Below are positions 11,763-25,900 of a stretch of DNA of 64,000 bases, in pieces. Numbering within the stretch: the stretch's first letter is position 1; the number at the start of each line of letters is the position of its first letter. Location: positions 57,164,001 through 57,228,000 of the forward strand of contig CM060734.1 in the NCBI GenBank assembly GCA_030704615.1. Direction: 5' to 3'. Made by a program: the position numbers and the translations under genes. Source of the stretch: Takakia lepidozioides. Its lineage: Eukaryota > Plantae > Bryophyta. The notes beneath the pieces are model-generated. The model was not told the origin of the DNA. It worked only from the letters and a program-made list of their open reading frames with translations, and searched no databases.

Positions 11763-14472
11763 AATATTTTAGGACGGTCAATACTAGACGAGAGCAGGTG
11801 CTGATTGCTAGCATGACTTTTAGTGTTCTCAATAGCTGCTTAAGCTGCTCTCAAACAGGCCAACAGGTTTCCTAAACACCCACTTAAAAAAATAGTGAAC
11901 CCATTTTTTCTTGTTCTCAATCTCTGGCTTCCAGTAACTGTCCAATATTCCAAATTTTGGGACAACCTTATGGGCGAAGCTCTTGTTCAATCATGTGGGT
12001 TGGATTAACATCAACAGATTGACATTGTCTCCAGTAAGCTACTGCCATCCCCCAAGGTATATGTGGATAAAGAGAAGAAGGTATACCTGATTGCTCCTCT
12101 TGGGGAGAAGGGGAAGGCTGCACGAAGACATGGCAGATCAGAGGGGATGGCAGTAGCTTACTGGAGAGTATGTCAATCGACTTAAAAGATTTGGGACAAA
12201 GTGCTGCCTGCATTTGTATGGTCAAGAATGAATGATGAGGATAGGAAATGACAGTGAATTTATTTACACTTGCACTATCTTTGGACAAATTCAGTTGTGT
12301 TGTGGTGCCTTGGAAGTGGAGTGATGCAGGCAGGAGGAGAAATAGCTCTTGGTAGGGTCTGATTAGTGCAAGTGTGAGGCATGGAAGAGAGTAAAGGAAC
12401 AAGTCCACTGGAGAATGGGGGGTATTAGCAGCGATAGTCGAGAAAGTCATTGCTGCCATTCAACTCAGACCTAGAGCATGTGTACTGCCAAATACAGGGT
12501 TGTTACTATATAAGTTTAAATATAATGATGGCATTATCAATCGATGTAATTGGAGTTTTACTAAATTAAATTGGAAGGACCAGCCTTGTTTCGGAAACTG
12601 ATACCGGAGACTAGAAAATATGATCCAAATTGTGACAAAGCTACTGGCTAAGGATGGTAGTTACTAGTTACCTTACCTATGTGCGAAAAAACATAAGGCA
12701 CACAGAGAACCGCCTACTCACCTGGTGTAGCATCCCAGCTTGGAACACATGCATGTACGAACACTCCATCTCAAGACAGGAAGGTTTTGCTTTGAAGTCA
12801 GGATGAGTGAAAGAAGTCGAAAGGAAAGGTCTTGATTTCTGAGAGAATGAGCTCAATTATGGACATGCAAATGAAGATCCGTCTCAAGCTCTACCCAAGA
12901 ATCCGGCTTTTCCTGTAGTCAAGTCATGCATAGAGACCCAACAGCGCAAAGAAGTGATATGTTGATTACAAGATGAGGAAGGACGTGATCGTCCTGTGTT
13001 TGTGACTTCTCTAGATCCGTAGCAACCCACCTTCCATCCTGCCCTGCATCCCGCAGCAATAGCGCAATACAAGATTTGTATGGGAAGATGTTTGCGGTTC
13101 CAGATGTCGTTGCGTGCGAGCAAACAGACAGAAACCAGCGAACAACACTATGCTGCAGGAAGATGCTACCGTATCAAGATGCCAAAGGAGGAATTCCACT
13201 AACTTTCCTATTGAGCATATCCAGGGTCACACTTGCTCCCCCAAAAAAACGCCTTAGCCCCACCCCATTGCCAGCCCACCATTGGCTGCTCCCACAGACT
13301 TTGACCTTAAAACTTTACCCTTGCCAAGATTTGGGACCCTTGTAAGCATGGGTAAGATGATGCCCAGGAAGACTTCTTGATTAGCAAGTAATCTAAGTAT
13401 ATCCTCTGGCTACAGGTCGCTGGCGCAAACTTAGTTGCAAAAACTGAACGGTCGAAAGACTGTGGGTCGGCGTCCACGGGAGCTAGGCAGAGAGGTGACC
13501 GACCAGGGGCGGGAATTTTCTTTGAGGTTGACGTCCAGAGGATCTGGAATGTCTGGTGGTGGGGGTGCTTGAGAATTTTTGTATGGCGGCTCCCTCTTCC
13601 GGCTTCTCTTTTGGATCTGGTGATGGTTTCTCTCAACTTCCCTGTTTTGCATCCTCCTGTGTATGCTAGGTTTTGTGGGTGGTTTCCAACCTGATTTTCT
13701 TTTGTGCTGGAGGCCCTTCCGGGTTTATGCGTGCTGTCATTGCCTGCTCTTGTGAGGAAGTTGGGGGAAACCTCCCCTGGCAGTTGCCACACAGTTCCCA
13801 GAAGAGCCCAGCGTTTGTCACCTATCATGCCTTCAGGGTGTAGTTTTGCTGGGCACAGATTAAGTGTGTAAGTTGTGAGTGTCTTGTCTTTTCATCGCAT
13901 GCCCTAGGCTTTTCTGTTCAGGTTTCCGCACTCTGTGCCCTTAAGGTCCACCATTACCATCTGCCCCCGTCGTTCCTCCCGTCTTCCCTCCGGGTCTTTT
14001 TTCTGTGTGGGTCTCTCTCCTCTTTCTGTTCGATATTCTCTTCAAATGAGGTGTGCCCTTAATCTGGATTGGGGCTAGGAGGTGTTTTTGTGATCACGGC
14101 AATGGAGCACATCGAAGTATGAGCTTGGTTCAGCGTTTAGAGTCCTCTATAGTGTCGGGCTGGATCTCTGCATGGGAAATTAAGGACTTTTCCTCGGTGT
14201 GGGTTGTACCTAGTATCTACTCAAAGATATATTCCTTCATAGACTGGAAGACGCTGAGGAGGCCGTTAAGTGAGGTAGGTTCTTTATCTAGTCTGTTGTG
14301 TGTTATGGGGGCCAGGTGGGTCTGGTGGGCGTGACATAGACAGTAACTCAGGCAGTGTGTGGACGGCCATTCGCTCTGTCGACATGTGATTTGCATAAAC
14401 TTGAAGTCTTAAAGACACAACTTGGTCCACTTACCTCTCACTTTGTACATTAGAATCTGAACCAAGGTATCA

Positions 14473-17400
14473 ATGTTCAGGCCCGGACAAGGCCATCCCC
14501 AAGCTGGGCCGCAGAGGCATGGCAACAATGTCTTCCCAGGTCCTCCACCAGGGATGCCAAATTTCAGTCGCCCATTTCCTCCGCCCTTTTTAATGCAAGG
14601 TAGAGGCGGTCCACAACCTCACTTTTCTGGACCCCATCCCAGCTTTCCTGTTCCGCCCTATCACCCCCGTCCTCTCCCTATTAGCTCTCACCCCCCTCCC
14701 CTTCCTGTCAGCTCTCGGCCCCCTCCTTTGCCTGTCAGTTCTCGGCCCCCTCCTCTCCCTGTCAGCTCTCGCCCCCCTCCTCTCCCTGTTAGCCCTCCTT
14801 CCGATGCCCCCCCGCCCCCTCCCCCTGCTGTCCGGGCCGGGGCCCTCCGTCAGACCCGCCAGCAATGCCCCGGGATCCTGACATGCTGAAAAACATTGAT
14901 GTCTTGTCGACGTTTGTGGTGAAGCACGGACTGAGCTTTGAGAACACAGTGCGGGAAAAACAGGCTGGACAGTCCAAGTTTGGGTTTCTGTTTGGGGGTG
15001 AGCCAGGCACAGAAGCTGCCACAGGAAGGGCATATTATGAGTGGAGGAAGCAAGCCTTGAGAGGGCAGTTAACTGAGGGCCGCACTCCTGCTCCTCCTCT
15101 GGATCTCAATTCTGAGTTTCCACAAGGGTCGGGTGCCACCATAACAAGGAACAAGGCCCCTGCTTCACCAGCTGGATCTGACATGGACATGGAAGGTATG
15201 GATGATACCATAATGCTGGTGTACACAAATCCAAGCCTGCATTAATTAGCCATATGCGGCAACTGCAAGGGGATGTTTTGTCCAGTGAGATCAGGTCACC
15301 AGTGTCTTCAAGTAACAATCTTTAGAGCCTGGTTCAAAGTGCTTGAACCCTTTCTGTGAAGATTGCTGCTTGGATTGATAATTGTGGGGAAAGAGATTCT
15401 AGAAGCCTTTCTTGTTGTGTATGAACCATCTTGGGTAGAGCAGGAAATTAGATTTGTTGGATTCTGCTGGAAGATAGAATATCTTGTGGTCACTGTGTCA
15501 CCAACCTTGCGGGTGGCCTAGATCAGGCCAGACCTGGCCAATGTCATTGAGGAGCCTCATTTGCTCTCAGTTGTCTTTCATTCCCCCAGACCATGTCTTT
15601 GTTAGATACTCGACACTCGCATGTTCTGGCAGATGATTTTGGGGTACCTCCAGCATCGGAGAAGAAATCTGCTTCTCTTCACCGTCCAGTAGAGCTAATG
15701 GTCACTCCTTCAAATACACTTGAGGAGGAGCTGGTCACCACCGGAGCTTCAAGATCCCTGGGCCAACTGGGAGTGCAGGACGTCAGAGGAACTCCAGGGC
15801 TTGGTGCAGTCGATCGAGGCAAGCTGGCACCCCCTGCTGCACCAGAGACTGGGAGGAGTCAGAATGAGAACCAGCCAACAGAGGCTCGGCGAAGGAAAGG
15901 TATTGCAAATATTCCTGACAACTTCACATTTTTCAAAATCCTTAGCACCATGACATCTGTTGATGTGCACAGGTCTATTGTCATGATCGATATCATTAGG
16001 CTATATCTTTTACAGTTCAATTGTGTACAAGCTGATTAATTGCACACACTTGTGGGCAAGCTGCTTTTTCCTCCCCGCTGTATTGCATCATGTGACACCC
16101 ATGTTGTAGGGTGGTTGCTTGTTGGACCATCTGAGGACCGGGCCTTACATCGAGGGCGTCATTGGTATTGCTTGTCTTTTACTGGGTTTATAATGGCAGA
16201 TACACGACGACGCACAGGGTTTGACAGACCGTGCATGGAAGATGTGGGTCCTAAGCCAAGCCCGCCCAGACAAACAGTTCAGCACCCAAGAGAAAGAGAA
16301 CCTCTTCCAGTTGCAGAGCCTGAGCACAAGCGATCCTCATCAGTCAATGGGCATCGAGCAGATGGTGCTCCCAGGCCATCCCGTTGGGGTCCACGTGATC
16401 CCTCTCCACCTCCGGATGTGCAAGTAAACAGCAGCAATGGTGCTTCAGAGAGAGATGAACCCTCTTCAGAAGAGGCCCCTGCTCAGGCAATCGATTCAGA
16501 GAGAGACGTCCCATCTCATGAGGAGCCCCCTTCTCAGGCAAGTGGGAAAGGCTCAGAGAGACTAGAAGCTGTCACACCTGTGATGGAGGATGATAGCTCT
16601 AGTAAAAGCGACACTGAGCAATTTTCCAAAGGGACGTCAGCAAGGAGTGACGACAGAGCTTCAAGAGAAGTAGAGACCGCAAAAGAAGCCCACCATTCCT
16701 CAGAGCCTGAGCCAGTTGCTCCCACTGTGGATGAGTTTGGGAGGCTCATTAGGAAGGGGGCAAGCGACAGTGATGGAGAGGACACTCTCTACAGCAGAAA
16801 GCGGAGGAGAAGTTCAAGCAGAAGTAGGAGCCGCAGCCGCTCTCCCCTGGAGGGCCGACGGCGACGCCGTAGTCGCAGCAGATCCCCTCGCAGGAGGGTT
16901 CGACGCAGTCGATCCCGGAGGTCTGTCTCTAGGCCCTTTTGATTGTCTAACATAAACAGGGGCATACTCTCTCCCTCCCCATTAGAGGCTCTTCTTCACA
17001 TGAATCTTTGAAAGGCATGATGTAATTGAGCGACACGATATGAAGATTGTATTCACAATTCGAAGACTGGTTGAGTTATTAGTATGGTGTTCATTTTCCA
17101 CTCGCAATCCGGCAAACTGGAACGTCTTCAAGGCATCCAGTAGGACCCAAATGACCTTATCATTTGCACCATGATACAGCTTACATTTAAATGTTAGACC
17201 CCACTTCAAGCAAGCAGTTTTAATTTGGCATTTGTTTTCCAAACTTTCAGTCGTATCACGGATTGAGGTGTAATGCACTGGTCTTATCTCTGTTGCAAAC
17301 TTTCCTTTTAGCTTGGGGATGGGGCTACTTTCTAACATTACAAGATTTTAGATGTTCAACTGATGCCTAGGAAACGTATGGAGACTCCTTTGCTCAACAT

Positions 17401-20400
17401 ATGAACTTTAATTATGTTGTATGCTACATTGCAGCAGTTGCCTGTAGAGAAAAGGCTGTGGATCTGCTGAGTTAAGCCTGTTTCTGTTTTTCTGCAGCCG
17501 CTCCCCAATGAGACATCACAGAAGCTGGAGCCGGTCACCGCCACCGCGGGACTCGCGATGGGGGGGTGAGGGAGGGAGAGGAAATGAACGGGGTTTTCAA
17601 GATCGTGGTGGGAGGAGGGGTGGGAGGGGGGGGAAAGGGGTGGGGGCCTACCTCCAGCCTGCTTTGATTTTGCCAAAGGACGATGCTTCAGGGGGTCCTC
17701 GTGTCGGTTTTTGCACCAGGACAACAGCAGTGGACCTTCAGGTGATCAGGGTGGTGGTAGATATGGGAGCAGCAGCAGCAGCAGGGGTGGCCGGGGAGGC
17801 CGGAGGGATAATGGAGAGGAGAGTGAGAGGGGATGGGGAGGTGGTAGAAGCAGAGGGCCTTCTTCTGGGCCTGGGTGGGGGGGGGATGATCCACCACGGG
17901 CTCGTAGAGGCTGGGAGCCTGCTGTTGACAGAGACAATGAGGATGAGAGGACAAAAGCATCAGAGGATAGAGAGTGCCGCAGACGAGAGGGAACTCCCTT
18001 GAGTGAACCGAATTGGGAAGGAGATGAGCAGGCTCTGAAACCAAACGCATTGGACACAGACCTGGACTCCTCTATTGAGAAAGCAAGGCTGCCGGAACAC
18101 GAGACAGTGGTGTCTACTTCCCAACACTCAAGTGGGATTGTTTTGTCAGGTAATCAATCCACCTTGACAGGGGCTCCCTCATTCTCTAAACCACCCATAG
18201 GTACGGTCACGTCTTTGCCCCTTCCACCTGATTTTCCTCCTCCACCACAGCTGCCTAACTTATCTCAGCAACAGTCTGGATTCTCTGGAAATTCTGCCCA
18301 CACACAGCAGCTGGGAACCTCTGTCAATTCCTCCATTATATCTCCACTGCCACCACTGCCAGCAGTTCCTGTTACACAGCAGCAGCAGGGATTTTCTCCG
18401 AATCCCCCTGCAACCCAGCAGCAGTCTGGCTTTGCGGTCAACTTGCCAGGACATCAACAGCAGGGGTACAATACAAATCCTTTGATGATGCAGCCAGGAT
18501 TCAGTGCGCCCCCGCCGCCGCCCCCATTGCAGCCTGGTTTTACTGGGCATCTTCCCTCCATTCATCACCAACCTTCCTATGCAGCTAATACATCTCAACA
18601 GCCAGGGTACTCTCATCTTTCTAATGCCAGCAGTCTTGCAAATGTTCACACCATACCATCTATGATGGGAGGTCCTCCTCAAATGGGTCAAAACCTACCC
18701 CTGCCTTCTAGGGCGGGGTTGTCATGGGCACCCACATATGGTACTCGGCCAATGCAGGGCTCATTGCCAAGTGCGCCTGTTGGACAGCAACAGCAAGGAT
18801 ATTCGTACCTCCCACTTCCTCCTCCCCCTCCCCCTCCTCCTCCTACTCTGGGAGGGTTTGTTACAGCTGCGGGGGTCTATCACCCATTCCCACAGCCACC
18901 CACCTTATCTATATCTGTATCTGCACCCAATGAGCAGTATGATCCTCTGTCAGATAGTCTTGAGCCTGAGCCACCCGGTGCAGTAGAGTCTGGGAAGAAG
19001 CATTCAACTGCCAACTTGGAAACCAGTGATCCAACGGCGATGAGACAACCAGAGGACCAATGGAAAGGGGCAACTGTTCCAGCAGGTGCCAACGAATCAG
19101 CGACAAATCTGAGGGGTGTAGGCATGGTGATATTGGAGAGTGTTAGTCCAGGGCTGCCAGGTTATCATCATAGAGGGGCTGAGCTTGTGAGTGTTACCCC
19201 AAGGCCTTCTGCTCGCTTGGTAATGGGAAGTGTTAGTCCCACCACTGTAAGCCACCTCTCTAAAGAAGAGCTTCATAGTCACCAAGGGGCAACAGCTTTT
19301 GGCACTTCTGAAGACCAAGGTGTTGGGGCCTTAGAAAATGTGAGCCCCGCACCGGAGGATAATCGCAGCTTGAGTCCAAACCAGCTGGCGGAGATGGATG
19401 CCGGGGCAACAGGTGCCAAAGACTGGGAGTCTAACCTACTTGAGACAAGTACTCATCAACAGAAGGGGAAGCGAGACAAAGAAGGGCAGAAGGAAGGGCG
19501 AGGCCTTACACTCGTGCGGGCCGCAGTGGCTGAATATGTCAAAGAGGTTCTGAAGCCCACATGGCGGGAGGGGCACATGAGCAAGGAGGCATTCAAGACC
19601 ATCGCAAAGAAGGCTGTTGATAAAGTGTTAGGAGCTTTGCAGCCCCACCAGGTCCCCAAGACACCGGAGAAGGTGGAGTCGTATATGGCTTCCTCGAAAG
19701 CTAAAATCTCAAAACTTGTTCAGGTTTGTGCTTGCTCTCTGTGGTGACTCAGTATGGATGTTTGGTTAGGGGTTGAAAGCCACTTAGGTCTATGTTGGAT
19801 GTCACCCATTATAGCCAACCAGCTGTAAAAGGGGTGTCTCCGGGTCAACCGGCACTTTAATGTGTTTCGTACATGGGGACTTTTGAGTCCTTGGGGGGGG
19901 TTTGGGCAACCATGTTGCCCTGGTTACAGCTTTTAGAAGATGTCCGCTTTCCAAATGGAAGGCAGTAGTCCTTCGGGATTAAGTGACACCATAAGTTTTG
20001 CCTGCTTTGACTGGAGTCTTCCTCCTCCTCTGTAAAGCATCTACATCGCTTGGGGAAAAGTGATAGGTTCCTCTTCCACTGTTTCCTCCTTGTTCCACAG
20101 TCAATGACACCAGGAGGCCAAAGGAAAGGGAGTGGCTGTGGAGAAGAGCCAATCATAACTTTAAAAATGGCCGGAGAAATGGGTGTTTTGATGGTTGTCT
20201 GAAATGTTCCTCAGTTGGTCGCACAATCATATTTTCACAATGCACCAGTAGTGCAGTTTCAAGGCTATTGGGATGGGTTCCTCGCAAGCTCATATTAATA
20301 CATATAAATGTATATTAATATGTATATAAAATATTACGCCCCCCAAGGAAGCCTTAATTAACCCCAAAGGGCTACTGCCTTCCAGGAGGAAGGTGGACAC

Positions 20401-21040
20401 CTTTGTGACACCAATCGACGGATTGAACCCACAACCACTTCCGAGGTGGTATGTGCCCATTACCACTGGGCTACAATGGACTCTCAAGTTCTCAAGCTTG
20501 ACGGAGACCTGTCTATTAAACACTTTCGAGAATGTGCACCATGGTGGCCTCAAGACTCCCCATTTACAGCACTTTCCATGTGACCACTCAGACTGAAATC
20601 ACACATCCCAATCTGGGTCAGAAATGTGTTGCAATGTGACCCTTGAACCCCCTCTCTTCTGCAGTGAGGGGATTTGTAACACCATGGATAGCAGACTCTC
20701 GAGCCCCTCGGCTCCCAGACAATCCCACTCCAATAACTGGTTGCACATAGCAAGCCCCTTCGCCTTGACCCTGGACCATGAAGTGGTAGCCAGGTCTTTG
20801 GCCTGTGTCATCCTGGGGTCAGGGGTCACATAGAAGGAGGCCCTAAATTTCTGCCTGATACTACTCCAGTGCATGCTTCAATATTAGATTTCTGTGAGTA
20901 CTCATAGAATTTAGATTTTATTGATAGGTGAATTGACAATGCCTGGCTGTAAATAGGGGCTTTTGTTACACAAGGTTGTCTAACAGATGAAATGGTTTCC
21001 TCGATCACAGGGATACGTGGACAAATATGTGAAGACTTGA
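14473..21040 (+). CDS. SURP/SWAP + RS-rich + CCCH zinc finger protein with a C3H38/C3H55/FES1-type C-terminal domain; exons ~14473-15194, 15633-15899, 16200-16920, 17498-19723, 21011-21040; two apparent frameshifts
   Basis: SURP motif NIDVLSTFVVKHGLSFE..KFGFLF..YYEWR; RS region; CFDFAKGRCFRGSSCRFLH (CCCH); AVAEYVKEVLKPTWREGHMSKEAFKTIAKKAVDKV...KLVQ|GYVDKYVKT*; canonical GT-AG junctions. Frame changes occur in C-rich (~14800-14860) and G-rich (~17610-17645) tracts. Confidence 0.8.
14671..14795 (+). repeat. 30-bp coding minisatellite (PPPLPVSSR-type x4)
   Basis: Repeated CCTCCCCTTCCTGTCAGCTCTC-like units; protein RPPPLPVSS repeated. Confidence 0.7.
20332..20830. mobile_element. Probable solo LTR in the last intron of the CCCH gene
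   Basis: Termini TATTACGCCC...GGGGTCACA resemble TG..CA LTR ends; imperfect 5-bp TSD TAAAA/TAGAA. Confidence 0.45.
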
Positions 21041-21689
21041 AGCCCATTAGGAAGCTGCCATTGTATGTGCCCTCCTGCATGGGGCACTTTACAGCTTTAG
21101 TCTGTTTCTGGCTCTCATGTATGGATAGATGCCTTCCACGAGAGGTTTGTGTATCTGGGCCTTTATATGTTGGTGGGAACACACGGGCTTGTTTGGTTTT
21201 CATTAGGTAGCTAGGTACCTAGCCAGCCTGTGCTGCCTGCTTTGATTGAGGGCATGTGATGGATGGTACTTTGCCTCTGTCAAAGTCCGGAGCTGTCGAA
21301 TCAGTTTGAAACAGCAGCCTTTTGTGCCTAGATGATTGTGAATCAAATCAGCAGGTTCTGGAGGGTTTTTGAGTGATTGTACAGATTATTTTGCACCTCT
21401 TTCCTGTTTGTTTATTTGGCAGTAATGGAGGTGAATTGTAGATCAGTACATTGTGCATTTCCCTGGGGAGCCAGATTTTGTGTATCCTGGTCAAATAGGC
21501 TTATCAATCACAAGCATAAAATTTATTAGTGGCAGGGTGTTGGGGATAGAGTTACTGATGAGTTGGGCCATGCCTACAGTCTCACATCAGATGTGGATGC
21601 TGTCTGTTTTGTCAACAGCACATTGCTCCAAAGGAAATGAGTGTAGCAAAAAAACCTCTGCGTTTTTGTAGACTAAATAAGAGTGCACC

Positions 21690-22179
21690 TGTTGGTGTTT
21701 ACCTTGTCGACGAAGGCGGTTGCGCACAACGAGACCCAAGGTTTTCTCTGCTTACACTAGTAAGAAAAGAATTATATTTTATTGTTAAGCTTGTACTTGT
21801 AAAATGACAATACTTATCTTGAAGTAATTACAATGTATTTACTGTCATTGATTGGCAGCGACTCCAAATGGTGAAATAAGGGTCGGAAATCTTGGCAGCA
21901 GTTATTTCTGAAGGTCAAAAATGGGGAGAGCAATGGAGCAGCCATTGGGGAGGGACGGCTTGGGGTCAAGGAATGGCTGATATGTGACTCCATGTACAGA
22001 GGAGAGCAGAGAAGTATGAACTAAGTATCATGATGCTGGGGGGTTCCACGGCCTGCGAGGGTGTATATATAGGAGGACCCCCTCACTCTTCTCTGCTGGA
22101 GCATTGATAGGATCTGGATATGCGCAGGCCCCTTGGAAACCCCTCACAAACCCCGTTCAAACTGGAACAGGAACCAACA
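21690..22179. mobile_element. Possible solo LTR
   Basis: TGTTGG...CCAACA inverted termini and an internal TATATATA; flanking 5-mers do not match. Confidence 0.3.
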
Positions 22180-22989
22180 TTAAATCCATAGAAACTTCAA
22201 TTGATGTCAATCTCTTAAAATATGTAGTAGATGAGACATGTTTGCAAGCAAATAGAAAGGGAAAGCTATGGAAAACAATAGGACTCTGATCGGACGGTAC
22301 TTTTGCCGGATTCCGGTAGCACCCGCTCCTCCCCGACCCCCTATCAAATCTTCCCCATCCCCACCTACCTAGGATTCTTTATTAAATACTTCATAAACAA
22401 ATGGGTGCTGAGTGCTGAGCAGTGGTGAGTAAGGTGATGGCAGTGGAGGCGGCAAGGCATGGGATTCAATTCTTGATAGAGTTACATGAGACACAGAGTG
22501 ACACAGTACGGGGTATCACAAACCACAGAGCCGGGGTGACATGGAGCGGTGTATTACATTTTATACTTAGCCAAAGAATTTGGATAGTCAAATTTCGAGA
22601 CCAAGTGGGTGTTAACTTACACACTGTTACCCTCTCCATGTCACCCCAGAGAGGGGGTGGGAAAGATTTGACATGCCGAAACCAGCCTCAGAGATTGCAT
22701 GGTGTGCATAATCAAGTTTTTACATTATTCCAAGTGTTCTTTGTTCTCCCTCCTAAACTGACGTTTGGGAGGATGAGAGAGATGATGTGTCAATGCAAAA
22801 GACACAAGGAAAGAGACGTAAGTAGAACAATGAACAATGCAGCAGCAAATGATGGCTCACACACATTGGGGATGCTTGAAGCTGCGTGACCGTTTGCCAT
22901 GTACACACGAGCCTGCTGCTGCAATCGTTTGGTGCATCGGGGCTGCACGATAAATTCATCTTCTGCATCCTTCTCACTCACAGGCGAGG

Positions 22990-25900
22990 ATGGAAGCGTC
23001 GTCCGGCGTTCTGCTGACTGCGCATGCCAATGTCATACCCAAGGCCCTGTACTCTCGTTTCGGTGATGCGAGAGGCCTCGCGTCATGCAGCAGATCAAGG
23101 GGCTGGGCTGTGGAGCCGAAAGCGGCATCCCCCTTGGCAATGCACAGAGGACGGACTCCCTTGCATGTGCTTGCTATGGTGCCTCTTCAACCTTCAGGGA
23201 TGCCATTCAAATTAGGTGATAACTCGAAACCCTTTGCGGTTTCCTATATTGGGCGCTCTATGTTGTATGCACTGTAGGATCCAGGCTTGGAATTGTCTAT
23301 TGAGTAATTCAGCAGAAACGAATGTAGTATTGGCGAAGAAAAAACACGGGATAGTGGACAGGGACGATAATTGGTACATCTGGCACGTAGTTCAAGGCTG
23401 GAGCATGGAACAGCGCTGGCAGGAGTTCTTCAAAGATCCTTCACAATGGTTGGACTGCAGCGTTGACAAGGTGAGCTTTCGTCATGCATGATGTGAAGGG
23501 GTCTGAGGGAGTTTGACTGAACTCTGGTATGATAATGTTATGTGGACTGAATTGCACCCCTAGTTGTTGAGCGAAGTTCGAATCTCGCTTGCTCTGCAAA
23601 AAGTGCTTTTACTGTCAGTGTCGTAGGTTGTTCTCCCTCAGCTGGAGATGAAAGGAGGATGCGCCAGGGCTTTTTCCTGGAGTTTGCAATGGACTTGGGA
23701 GGGTTGAGACTGTGGGTGCTCATCTGCTCCCTGGTCGTCTTCACAGACCGCTTCAATATCTCAAGACTACAGGCAGTCCACACAAGAGGGCTCGTGGATT
23801 CAGGGTTCGTTCAGTCCTCCTTGGGAGAAAGGAATTGTCATTGCCATGCTACAGGATAAAGAACAGTCTGGTGATGGTGGAAAAACAGAGTGCAGTTCTA
23901 ATTCTGGTGTAAATGGTGGAGCTCCTTCCAAGCTTGCAGATGAAAGTGAGTATGACTCACAGTGACTTGATTAGAGGGGCAGCGTTGTTCACGCACAAGC
24001 TTGATTAGCATCTGTGTAAGTTTGGACATGTTCTTATGTTCCTCGTAGAGTCCATGGAGCTTGCGTAAATGTTGGTGAAAGCTACACTCCCTCATAAAGG
24101 AACCTGTCAAAGTGTTGATGCTGGCGGAGTTTCGGGCACAAAGGTCTACCATGGAGCATGGAGCCGTGCTGGCATGAGTATTTTAAAGATCCTTCACAAT
24201 GGTCAGACAAGCACAATGGCAAGGTGTGCCTCTTAGTGTATGATGTGAAGAAGTTTGTCCATTCTGCAAACATGGGCTCCTGTCAGTATCATGATTTGCT
24301 CTTTTTCCTGGTGTTTACAAGGTACGTGTGAGGGTCTACTTGGTCTTAGGAGGCCTTGTTTAAATCTATGGCTGCTCAGCTGCACCATGGTGGTTGTCAC
24401 AGACCGATCTGAGATCACCCGACTACAGACATAAGCAGCGCACACAAGAGGTTCTTTGGGTTGATGGTTGGTCGAATCCCCCTTGGGTGAAAGAAAAGCT
24501 AGCTGCTTTTGTGACGCATGGTCAAGGACAATTTGGTGAGGGCATCTTCTTCGTCAACACATTCTGGCATGTTTTGTCCTCTTAGAACTAATTTTTTCAT
24601 GCTATACTCTACCAGTTAGCTCGCTGGGTGGATCTGTATGATGGTTCTGAGTTATTTTGACATGTTACTGCCAATGTTGCAACAGGCAAATGTCCAAAAA
24701 CAGAAAACAGAGAAGCAGAGAAGCTTTGGAAGGAATACTTTTCGGACCCCAGTCAATGGTGGGACAATCAAGGCAAAAAGGTGAATGCCTGTTAAATTAC
24801 AGAGAGATGCAGACAACAAGATGCCTCACAAAGCTTTCTTGCAGTCTGGGTGTTTGTAGAAGATTTGTACTCTGTGTTATTCTCAGCTGCTAGCAGCAAG
24901 GGGCCTCATATATGCATTGTCAGTGCTGAGGTAGGGATAGCTGAGAGGGAGCAGGATGGAGTGTGGTCCAGATATATCGAAGACGGCCGGATTTCAAGCA
25001 CAAGAGTACCTATGATTTTCTGTGGATTGATATCTACAAGAAACCTGCATGGGTAGATGGTGAACTGGAAGCAGCAGCAGTGGCACAGTCGGTAAAATCA
25101 GGCATCTCCACCATGACCACAGCTTCTGAAAGAGGACCAAGACAGGGAGTCCACAATACCTCTTCTGCCACTTCTGGGCATGTGAGGACACTATGCGAGG
25201 CAGGGAAACTGAAAGAGGCTCTCCAGATGTTGAACCATGGAGGCATTTCAGCAGATGCAGATACTTATGTCTGTCTCTTGCGTAAGTGCATCAAGCTGAA
25301 AGGCCTGGAAGCCGGAAAGCAGGTGCACTCTCACATTGTCCAAAGTGGATTCAAGCCAAACATTTTTCTACACAACACCCTTGTGAACATGTATGTTAAA
25401 TGCGGGAGCATTGTGGATGCACATCAAGTGTTCAACAAGATGCCTGAACGAGGTTTGATCACGTGGAATATAATGATGGCAGGATTTACCAAGCATGGGC
25501 GTGGTAAGAATACTATGGAGATGTATGATCAAATGATGTGGGAAGGGGTAAGACCCAACCACATCACGTTTGTTTGTATTTGCAATGCATGTGCGAGGCT
25601 GGCAGACCTGGAAAAGGGCAAAAAGGTCCATGGTGACATCATCAAAGCTGGAATTGTACCAGATGTCATTCTTAACACTACCCTGGTGAACATGTATGCC
25701 AAGTGCGGTAGCATCGATAATGCAAAGGCAGTGTTCAACAATATGGCCGAACAAAATGTGGTGTCGTGGAGTGCTATGATTGCAGGATATGTGCAGCATG
25801 GATGTGGGATGGAGGCTTTGGAGACATATGAGCAAATGATGCGGGAACGGGTGAAACCCAATCACGTTACATTTGTTTGTGTCTGCAATGCGTGTGCGAG

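Noticed and set aside
11968-13830. Minus-strand ORFs (163 and 173 aa) and a faint PDF-like stretch at ~12870-12965
   Set aside because: No convincing motif; probably decayed TE sequence.
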